From NCBI GenBank assembly GCA_036867785.1, contig CP145418.1:372001-436000 (forward strand): 64,000 nt of DNA, given 5' to 3'. The notes under the pieces were generated by a model. That model was not told the DNA's origin and did no database searches. It worked only from the letters and a program-made list of their open reading frames with translations. This DNA comes from Plasmodiophora brassicae (Eukaryota). Below, piece by piece: positions 11,401 to 21,313 of this stretch. Position 1 is the stretch's first letter; every line of letters starts with the position of its first letter. A program made the translations under genes and the position numbers.

Positions 11401-13672
11401 GCGGCGAACAACGTCCCGCTTGCGGTCGCCGGCGACTGTGTCTGCGATCTGGACAATGCACCGGAACCTGATGCGCTGCAGATGTGCACGAAGTCGCTGC
11501 TCTTGGCCAACGGCCCCGCTGACGCCGACACTGGCCTCGAGCTGGGAGGTGAACGCCGCCGCTTCGGCGATTACCGTCAGGTCGTCGAGAGCACCGAGGA
11601 CGACGCCAACGTCGAACGCCAAAGGCGTCTGTTCAATGGCGGCGCCCGTGGTCACGTCGTTGCTGGCTGGCTCGACCGCAGCGACGAACTCGCCTAGTAG
11701 CGTCTTCACGAGTAAAAGGCGGACTCGTGCGGTCGGCAACGCCATAACCGCATCCCACAGTGCAGCATTTCGCCACGCCAGGTGCAGGAACTTGACGCAA
11801 GCCTGGCGTACCCGGGTGATTCCGTCCGCGTTCTCGATCAGCGGGTCGCTGTCGCGTTCGCTGGCGTCATTGCATGATTCAAGTAGGCCGGTGATGCCGC
11901 CGATAATCCCCGCCGGGTCCAGATCCTTGTGCTCTGCGCCCAGATCGTTCGCGACGATCCGGAACGCGATATGAATCAGCGCCGTCGCCGAGTCGTGCAG
12001 GTGATGTCGAAACGATTTCGTCGCGTTCGCAATAAGCGCGGTGACCAGTGATGGGTACCGAGAGGCGCCGAGCACGGAAAGCGCGTTCAGGGCTTCCGAA
12101 CGCACCGCCCAGTGATCGACAGCGGCGACGGTCTCCAGCAGTCGTTTCGTCGTGACCTTTAGAACGCGTTCGTAATCTATATCGGGAGGCGGTGCCGTCG
12201 ACGAGGATGAACAGTGCACGACAAGTCGAATAACGTTCACGAACGCTTCGACAGCACCAATGCCTGGCGCAGTCGTGCGTTCGTGTGCCAGGATCATACG
12301 CGATATCTGCTGAACGAGTTCGACGAGACCCAATGGACCCGTCCATACAGTGTCGGCGCAAGCGCCGCGCTTCTTGTACAATGTTAACATAAGGGCACAG
12401 CCGGGCCCGGCAAAGACTGGGAACGCGGCTGACGTTACGTCAACGACGCCACGTTTGACCTTTTCGCAGGTGCTGTCATCCTGTAACAGATTCATTGTCG
12501 ATGTAGACAGGATTCCGTTGGCGACATCAAACAGTCGGCAGAGTCGCTCGCGTCGTGGAGCGAGAGCGGTTCGCGCCGTGCAGGACGCCCGATCCATTCG
12601 GAGGCGCGGGCCACGGATCAGTTCGTTGATGACCAGGTCGAAGAGAGCGCTGGCGAACGCGTCCGCCAACGTCGACGAGTGCGACGATAAGGATGCGATA
12701 AGTCGTAGAGCCTCCAGGAAGACGTGCGATTCAGAATCGGTCATTGAGGTCACATCGCGGATGCGGCTCGACGCTGTTCTGACAATGACATGGCCGACCA
12801 GGCATGGAACATAGTCAAGAAACAGATCCAGGGTGACAGCACTGTGTTGGGCCAGGAGGGCAAGCAGGCGAAAGTATTTCGGCAAGGACCCAGGTGCCAA
12901 CGATGCCCACAGGTGGACAACGCGATGGATCTCCCCGATGACGACGTCAATGGCACTTTGGTAATACCAAGGATGCGCGGCTAACTTCAACAGTATCGTT
13001 AGCAACCCGTTTAGGTCTGTTGCACGCACGTTAGGGCCCAGAACCGGCAACGGCAAGGCAAGTGGAAGTACCTGAGTCGTTATGGACCTGTTCGAGCAGT
13101 GTGGGAAGCGCGTTTCCGAGGGCGTCGAATGTGGCAGACGGAATAGATCTGACGCAATCGGTGGTGAGGAATTTGACGGCCGGCTCCAAGTCCTCGTCGT
13201 TGATGGCTGCCAATCGAATCAGCACGGATGCCAGGTTTATCTGGACGTGCGGATCCCTGGGGAATTTCGTCAAGAGCGTGCGGCAAGAGGCGACCATTGC
13301 GTTGGGAGCGGCGCGCCCGTCCGGGCACGATAATGGCTCTACCTTCGCTTCGTGCACGCTGCATGGCATTACGGGCTGATGGGTGGCTACCGAAGAAGCG
13401 TGGTACCTGGTGTGTTCGATGTGGGTGATCAGGCGAAGTAAGAGCGACGCTGCGTCGTCCGACGAATCACATGCAGCCGCCGCCTGGAGCAGGTTCAAAG
13501 CAGCATCCGTCAGACGACCCGCGGAAGGCACGGCAACATCGACGGGTGGCGCCGATCGGCGATTGAGTATGGAGACTAGGGCAGTCCTAGGCGGGGCAGG
13601 CAAGTCTGGCGACGGTTCTGCAATCGACGACCCGCGCCCGCACGACGATGCAGAGTCTTCAGGCGATGGCAT
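8479..13672 (-). CDS. Large uncharacterised multi-exon protein (helical/ARM-like body, possible C-terminal PH-like folds)
   Basis: Five consecutive long minus-strand ORFs (213, 708, 277, 159 and 358 aa) separated by intron-sized gaps or overlaps. No recognised catalytic motif. Confidence 0.6.
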
Positions 13673-14167
13673 CGTCGTCGAGTGGTTGTGGTGCCGCCGG
13701 AAGGATTAACCCGTCGGGGTACGGTTCATCCCGCCCATTGGAATCACCGATCCGAGATTGGTGGTAACTTGCATCCGAGGATGCGGTTTCGGTGCGCTAT
13801 ATTTACCCGAACCAACAGGGAGCAACTCCATCGCCTCGTAAGGCATCACAGCCATCACTCACCACTCATCGTCAGTCATCAGTCTCCCTTCCCTGCCATT
13901 CGGGTCACGATCGGAACCTATGCGAGTGAGCGAGAGACAAGGCGGCCCCGAGGAGCGCACCGACGACGTCGAACCCGCAACACATCTCACCAGCGACGAG
14001 CCGCGATCGGTCACGCTGCAATCCGGAACAACCCCCCAATGAGGAGGACGACACGCCCGACTGAGGATCACGTTGCAACGTGCAAGTCCACTGTCCACGT
14101 CACCGGCGACGTGTTCCGCTGCGGGGCAGCTGCAGCTGCGCAGTGCGGCCAGTCGCGCAACTTTCCC

Positions 14168-15269
14168 ATGCGCCTGCCGAGACGCATGACGCAACGCTGG
14201 CGGCTGGCCGACATCGACGCAGCGGCCGCCGCCATACGGTCCGGCGACGTCGTCGCATTCCCGACCGAGACCGTCTATGGCGCTGGGGCGAACGCCCTCT
14301 CCGACACAGCCGTCAAGCGCATCTTTGATGCCAAAGTTCGTCGCGCGCGCTGTGCCTGCCTCACGCGGCGCCCGTCTAAACCGGTTGCAGGGCCGCCCAT
14401 CCGACAACCCGCTGATCGTCCACGTCCCCGATGCGGACGCCGCACGGCGCCTGGTCGCCATTGATAACGATGCCGTCGAGCGCGATTTCTCGGCGTTGGC
14501 GTCCGCGTTCTGGCCTGGCCCTCTAACGATCGTTCTGAGGCACGCGGCGCCGCTATCACCGCTTGTCACCGCCGGCCTCGACACGGTCGGCGTCCGCGTT
14601 CCCGATCACGACCACGCGCTAGCGCTGCTTCGCGCGTGCGCCGTCCCGGTTGCCGCGCCGAGCGCCAATCTCAGCGGCAAGCCGAGCCCGACGAACGCCG
14701 ACCACGTGTTCCGGGACCTGGGCGGCGTCATTGCCGGCGTCCTCGACGGTGGCGACACCGGCGTCGGCCTCGAATCCACAGTCGTCGACTGCTCCCGAGA
14801 ACCGTACGTCGTCCTGCGCCCTGGTGGCGTCACGCTCGACGCGCTTCGTCGCGTCGTCGGTCACGACCGCGTCGTCGCCCACGACGGCACGACAACGACG
14901 GCAGCAACGCCTCGTGCTCCAGGTATGAAGTACACACATTACGCCCCGAGCATACCGCTGCACTACGTGAAGGGCGACGACAACGCCGCTGTGCAACGAT
15001 ACGTTCACGAGTTGCAAGAACAGAGCCGGCAACGTGTTGCCGTGCTGACGCCTGCTTCCGGTGGCGACCGCGTTGTTGCTGGGGACCGGCTCGTGACGTG
15101 CGGGACGGCGGGCGACGCGTCATCCGTGGCCAGGGCGTTGTACGCGTGCCTGCGGTCGTTCGAGCAGTGCGACGACGTCGACGTGATCGTGGCGTACGGC
15201 TTCCCCAGTGACGGCCTCGGACAGGCGATCATGAACCGGTTGCTGAAAGCGAGTTCGACGATTGTATAA
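14168..15269 (+). CDS. SUA5: Threonylcarbamoyl-AMP synthase Sua5/YrdC
   Basis: VAFPTETVYG, AKGRPSDNPLIVH (across intron 14336-14390), FWPGPLT, APSANLSG, PGMKYTHYAP and a C-terminal SUA5 domain. Confidence 0.96.
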
Positions 15270-15583
15270 ACATGGCCTAGGCGACGACATCGGCATCGGG
15301 TTCGCGATAGGCGCAGGCGGGGCCGCAACGCGGATGGCGAACGCGAGGTGGCTGTCGTGCTCGACACGTTGTTCGGTGGACGATCGCCATCCTTCCGGGC
15401 CCCTGTACGGTCGCCCAACGGTGCCCAGCGATGAGTCACCAGCGATCGCGTGATAATACGAGGGTGGCGTCATCACCGAACCTCCACTGTTGCGTCACGC
15501 TGGGCGTTGCCAGTGGTGTGTATCCTGAAACGGGCCCTCTCATAACTGTTATTCATTTGGAACATCGAACGTCAGCAACGAAC

Positions 15584-16417
15584 ATGAATTCCCTGTGCCG
15601 TATTCTCCTGGCGTTCCTCATCATCGCCTGTATCGTCGCCCCGATCGTCTACTATTCGGTCCGGAACAAGCACGCGAACGGCGACGCGTCGTCCAACGAA
15701 CGGAAACCGTACTCGTCATTGCATTCCATGAACTGGTGCGGGGACCGACCCGTCATCGCCCTGACTTTCGATGACGGGCCGGAACCGTCCACGACGCCGA
15801 ACGTGCTCGCCGACCTGAAGCGGCTGGGCATCAAGGCCACGTTCTTCATGTCGCCGGCGGTCGACGGCGAACCGACCCAGCAGCAATGCGACCTCGTCAA
15901 GACCGTCGTCGACGAAGGCCACGTCGTCCAGTCGCACTCGTACGACCACACCGATTTCCTGCTGAAATCGCCCGAGGAGGTCGACGACAACCTGAGCAGG
16001 AACGAGGAGTGGATCCGGAAGTGTGCTGGACAGGACGCGCCCGTTGTCAGCATGTTCCGCCCGCCGTATGGCAACCTGGAGCCCGCCCGCGCCAAGTACA
16101 TCAGCGGCCTCGGGTACGACATCGTCACCTGGACGATCGATACCGACGACTACACGGGCATCAAGCCGGATCGCATCCTGGCCAACGTCCAGAAGGGGTT
16201 CACGGCCCTGAACGGCAACGGGTCCGCCATCCTGCTGATGCACGACAAGCGGTACAAGGAAGGGCAGGCGGCCGGCAGCCTCGAACTGATCCACCAGTAC
16301 TTCACCGGCCTCGGGTACTCGTTCGTCACCATGGACGAGTGCCGGAAGATGTGCACCGACCCGGTCTGCCAGACGCCCGGCCGCATCTGGCCCGGCGTAT
16401 ACGACCAACCTTTCTAA
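15584..16417 (+). CDS. Polysaccharide/chitin deacetylase (CE4, NodB domain) with N-terminal membrane anchor
   Basis: All five CE4 motifs are present: TFDDGP, HSYDH, RPPY, DTDDY, LMHD. Hydrophobic N-terminus. Confidence 0.93.
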   Translation: MNSLCRILLAFLIIACIVAPIVYYSVRNKHANGDASSNERKPYSSLHSMNWCGDRPVIALTFDDGPEPSTTPNVLADLKRLGIKATFFMSPAVDGEPTQQQCDLVKTVVDEGHVVQSHSYDHTDFLLKSPEEVDDNLSRNEEWIRKCAGQDAPVVSMFRPPYGNLEPARAKYISGLGYDIVTWTIDTDDYTGIKPDRILANVQKGFTALNGNGSAILLMHDKRYKEGQAAGSLELIHQYFTGLGYSFVTMDECRKMCTDPVCQTPGRIWPGVYDQPF

Positions 16418-16563
16418 ACGGAACAAACGTTATGTAATCCGAGCACGAGTTGCTGCTTCCGTTCCCTCTCATTCAGGTACCGGCGATCGCGTGATGGCAA
16501 GGGCATTTGTGTGTTCGGTTACCTGGCTGGCGCGTGTATTTAGGGATGGTTGTCAGTCAGACG

Positions 16564-17451
16564 TTACAGCGAGGCGGCGAACGTGCCCGAGGTGTCCCAG
16601 GTGCCGGGCCAGACGGTGACAGGGTCCAGGCAGACGTTCTGGTGGCAGTTGGCGTAGCACTCTGGCATGGTGACGAACTGGTACCCTTGCGACTTGAAGT
16701 ACGGGACGACCTGCTGGAGGACGCCCTGGGCGACGCCCGGGATGTAGTGCGAATCGTGCATCAGCGTGATGACGCTGCCGGTGCCGCCGAGCGTCTGGAA
16801 CCCGGACAGGATGTTCTGGTAGACTTGCTGAGGCGAGTTGCTGGAGTAGTCGAGCGAGTCGACGTTCCAGGAGGCGAGCGTGTATCCGAGCTTGCTGACG
16901 AAGGCGGCGTACTCCGGGTTCATGGAGCCGAACGGCGGCCGGAACATGGACAGCTCGTTGAACGGCGACTGCCCAGAGCAGTGCGAGATCCAGTCGTAGA
17001 CGGTCTTGAGGTTGTTGTACACGTCCTGGCCCGTCTTCTGCAGGAAGTCGGTGTGGTCCCACGAGTGCGACTGGACGCTGTGCCCTTGCTGCAGGATCAT
17101 CTTCACCAGGTCGCACTGCTGCTGGGTGGGCACGCTGTTCACGGACGGCGACATGAAGAAGGTCGCCTTGACGTTCAGGGCCTTCAGGTCAGCCAGGACG
17201 TTCGGCGTACCGACCAGATCGGGGCCGTCGTCGAAGGTCAACGCGATCGTCTTCGAGTTGCCGCAGTAGTTGAAACTGTGGATAGGGCGGTTCGGATCCC
17301 ACTTGCCGACGTTCGAGAGGTTCTGCTTCGGCTTGATGACCGTGAAGTAGATGATGATCATGATGATGCCGACGATAACGACCAGCACGATCAGCGGCAC
17401 GAGCATGCGCTTGCATGGCGACGCACGCGACGAAGACGACAGTCGTGCCAT
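16564..17451 (-). CDS. Polysaccharide/chitin deacetylase (CE4) paralog with N-terminal membrane anchor
   Basis: TFDDGP, HSWDH, RPPF, DSLDY and LMHD motifs; TM segment LIVLVVIVGIIMIIIYF. Confidence 0.93.
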   Translation of the reverse strand: MARLSSSSRASPCKRMLVPLIVLVVIVGIIMIIIYFTVIKPKQNLSNVGKWDPNRPIHSFNYCGNSKTIALTFDDGPDLVGTPNVLADLKALNVKATFFMSPSVNSVPTQQQCDLVKMILQQGHSVQSHSWDHTDFLQKTGQDVYNNLKTVYDWISHCSGQSPFNELSMFRPPFGSMNPEYAAFVSKLGYTLASWNVDSLDYSSNSPQQVYQNILSGFQTLGGTGSVITLMHDSHYIPGVAQGVLQQVVPYFKSQGYQFVTMPECYANCHQNVCLDPVTVWPGTWDTSGTFAASL

Positions 17452-17672
17452 GGGGTGTAATAAGGGCGACGCGCGAATTTAACTAATGACACCGACTAGA
17501 CCGTCACGAGCCGTGACGCCACGCTGAACGAAGCGTCAGGAGTCACATGCAGAGTAGCCAGGAACACATCGGGCCGATGACTCATCGCAGAGATCCGACC
17601 GGTACGGCAGAGGGCCCTATCCGGCGTCATGACCCCCACGTCAAGTTCTCTAGACGTCCAAGGGCCCATCGT

Positions 17673-19495
17673 TTAATCCATCCTCGGCGGGTTCATGGTT
17701 CTTCTGGTTGGGAAGGTGGCGACGCTAAACTCCCGTTGATCGCCAACGCAATGGTCAATGAACTCGTCGTCCGATCGCCCAGGCCAACTGCCCATTTCGT
17801 TCGTGGGTCGTCTCCTAGGCAACCTGGTTAAACAGCAGAGCAGGGGACTCCACCGGTGCGTTTGGGCACCTTCGGACACATTCTGGAGAGGGCACGACGC
17901 GTCGCCTTGGAGGAGCGACACAAACACGGATGATGGATCGCACCTGAAAACGTGCCGAGTGTCCATCCGGACGCACCCAACCAATTGCTGACGATGAAAC
18001 ATAAGCCAGAATTTCGTTCTATCGATTGACAGGCACAGTCGTGCGTACCTCGTGCTCATAACGGACTTGCCGCCATGTGGACTCGTCTTCGGGTGTCTCC
18101 GATGCTTGGTATGTTGTCACCGTTCGTCGGTAGAGGCAGACTCGTAAACCCAGGACTGAACAGGGATGTTAACACAATCGCAGCGAACGCGACGACGGCG
18201 GCATACGCATGAGGTAATCTCTCCAGGTTTCCGATGGGCGAAACTGGATCTCGTGAACCGCGTTAAACATGATGGTGCCGGTTTCGGGATCTGCTTCCAC
18301 GTCATTCGTGACGGACATGGCCGTGTCTTGTCCCGGGAAGCGAATCTCGCAATGGTATAGCACCCTGAGCAGGACGAGAACGCGTTAGTTCTTCCCTGGA
18401 ACGAGTTGAACAGCTGTAAGAGACCGTTCTTCGAATCCGTTCGGGCGAGCCGTATCCTCGACGGGCAACTCAGGTGGAGCGTGCGTTGCTGACGTGATTC
18501 GAATGGAAAGAAGAACGACGTCGGTAAGGTCACCTGAACCAACGATCAATGACGGAACGCGTCGGACGATAACGACGTGGCTTACATGGCGTTGGAGGCG
18601 GTTCCCGGCTAGATTGGTTGCGAGCCTCAGGCCTAATTGGAACCAGGTCGAGTGTCTCAAGAGCGGCGGCTGCACGAAGTATTCGCTGGCGGTACGCGAA
18701 CAAGATAGAGATTGGATTATGGTCCAGACGCAGCGAGCGCAATCGTGGCATTGCAGCGATTGTGGATATCGTACTGCCGAGGTCGGTGATGTTATTGAAC
18801 GCCAGATTCAGGTTCTGCACCTACCCGAGCGTCACGTCGGCATATATCATCCATTCATTCGCGACAAACGTTGTGTAACAGCGCAGACGGGCCAATGGTC
18901 TTGATCGCGTTATACGATAGGTCGAGCGTGACCAGTGACGATGATGCGAGAACAGGGGTGGCACAGAGGTCAGTGATCCTGCACAAGTGGGGCGTAATCA
19001 GTACCGACGCGGGCACGAATTAGCAAGGTGTCATGCCTACCTGTTCCCGCATGCGTATAGCTCGGTAAGTTCAGGAGGGATACAGTCGATCTGTTTCAGA
19101 CGATTGTCGTTCAAGACCAGACGATGCAGCTGGGTAAGCTTAACCAGGAGTTCATCCATCTTCGCAGAGCGCCATAGGTCAAACGCTGTCTACAAGCCAG
19201 ACCAATGTCCGACCTTCTCAATGCACATCGAGGAAAAGACGAGGACGCCCTTGAAGAACGACCGACACTCTCGGCATTCTGTACCCAGAAAAGTTACGAT
19301 GATTCGGATGTTCGGTGGAGAGCGAATACCTTTCTTTAGCAGCAGAGCTCGCAATTCGTAAAGTCTGTCGGACGTCCACTTCTGCAGGTACTGCACATCG
19401 TCTCCTGTTGGTTTCGGCTTCAGAACGTGGATAGGTAACGCGGCATTGTAGACGGGACCGACCTTGGCTAACGACCCGGTAACCTCGAAGGACAT
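17673..19495 (-). CDS. Leucine-rich-repeat protein (possibly LRRC43-like), multi-exon
   Basis: LRRs LTQLHRLVLNDNRL, LQNLNLAFNNI and LRSLRLDHNPI, plus an LRR cap YRQRILRAAAALETLD. The 3' end is uncertain. Confidence 0.65.
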
Positions 19496-19841
19496 CGTGT
19501 TCGATGCCAATCAGGCGCAGATGCTCATGCAGCACATCGGTGACTGTCCTGTGTCGTACTGTCATCGACTCCCTCCCTCAATGCAACTGAGCATAAATTA
19601 TGGTCGATATCGTGGGACCGGATCGCCGTACCCCAGTACTAAGCTGAGCAGCAAGCACCTAGATTTTCGACCGGCCATCCCTCTTGTGGCATTGTCGAGG
19701 CGTCTGAGGCGTTCGCAGGTTTCACAGCACCGTGAAGCAAACCAGTGACTTGGGAACAATGGCTCTCTGGGAGTTGAAGCACGTGCTGGCCTGGATAGTG
19801 TCCCCAAACGTTTCGTCAAGGGAAGTGAGAATTTCGGAATA

Positions 19842-20679
19842 TCATTCGGTTTTAGAACAATGATGCAATCTTGTGAATGCAGAGTTTGGTGCATTCATGA
19901 CGGCGTCGTATTCGAAACGCGTAATGCACCCGACGTGGGAACAATCGCGGATCAACAAACGTCGACCCAGGTGTGATCGTTGCAGGATGTCGAACGCGCG
20001 CGGCCGGATAACGCAATGCACGAATAGGTTCCACACGACAGCAACGCCAATTCCAATGACAGCACCGACGGCGACTTGCTCCGGCGTGTGAACCTTCATA
20101 TGAATCCTTCGTACCGCATACTATCAGATGACATTTGTACAGCGAGACAGATGCCAACGAACCTGGAGTACGCACACGAGCTCGCCAGCGTCGTTACGGC
20201 AATGCCGACAGCGAGATTTCGTGGCCAGGGGCGACCCATGCGACATCGCATTAGAATAGCAGACGTTGCAATGAAGAACATGAACTGGGCGTGGTCGGAC
20301 GGCATACCATAGCCGGAACGCAGCGACTCTACCCATTCGGTTACAACTCGATATACAGCCGAAACCGTCAGCCATAACGTTAACGCCAACTATCGCTAGA
20401 GGCGCAGTGCAGCAGGCAAACATTGAAACTAGACTGGGGCAACGACGTACCGATTGGTCTGGGTTGACGGATCACGCGTTTGAGGACGACGTTGACAACC
20501 TCGCAGACAATGCAGCCGCACCCGAGGAAGAACGTCTGCAGGTCGCGCCGGGACCAGAACAATGTCGCAACGGCAACGCAGACGGCGATCGGCAGCAGCG
20601 ACGTGTACGCCAGCAGGTGGCTGAACAGGTCGCCGTGATGGTACCAGACGTACGTCAGCTGGACGACCTTCCACGCCAT
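19842..20679 (-). CDS. DOLPP1: Dolichyldiphosphatase (PAP2 family)
   Basis: LTYVWY..GD, KRVIRQPRP, YGMPSDHAQF and SR..YMKVHTPEQV motifs spread over several exons. Confidence 0.9.
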
Positions 20680-20770
20680 CCGCGCGTCCCGAACAAAACG
20701 GTCGGTGTCGCCGAAGTCGCTGACGCCGCCAACCGACAAAATGGGTATCCCGGCCAGCAGCATTGCGTCA

Positions 20771-21266
20771 ATGCCAGGCTGGCGTGCGCCCGGCACCGTA
20801 CTCTCGGTTGCTGCAGGGGCCTGACGCTACCACAGCAAGCGTCGCAGGCAGGGCGCATGCGTTGCGATTCGCTCCTTGCGCCTTCGGGGCCGCTGCTGCC
20901 GAACTGGGAACTGGTGGACGTGACAGCAGCGCCGTCGTGCATCGACTCTAACCAACCAGTCCACTGAGCAGGCACAGCCAGAACGGGGCATCGTTGGCGT
21001 TCTACACTGATCCCGCCAATGCAACCCTGCAAGCGTGTGCAACAGCAATCGGCACCATGCCGCCTCCGCCAGGCAGCCCACTGATCGTGACACTTGGGCC
21101 ACCTGTACATTGCCGCCTTCTCGCAGGTACGCGGCGCCCGGCCGAGATACGACGGGTTTCAGCCCAGGCACGTTGAACACATTCAGGAGCGGCACAATGA
21201 ATACCATCTGCTGATTCGTCATCGGCGATCAACAGACCAGAGTGACTTCCCCCGCCGTGATCGATG
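20771..21266 (+). CDS. Possible small multi-exon hypothetical protein
   Basis: An ATG divergent from DOLPP1 and several intron-like segments with branch/acceptor signals. No recognisable domain. Confidence 0.25.
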
Positions 21267-21313
21267 ATGTGACGGGGTATACGGACTCTGCTACGAGCGG
21301 GGATATGTCATCG

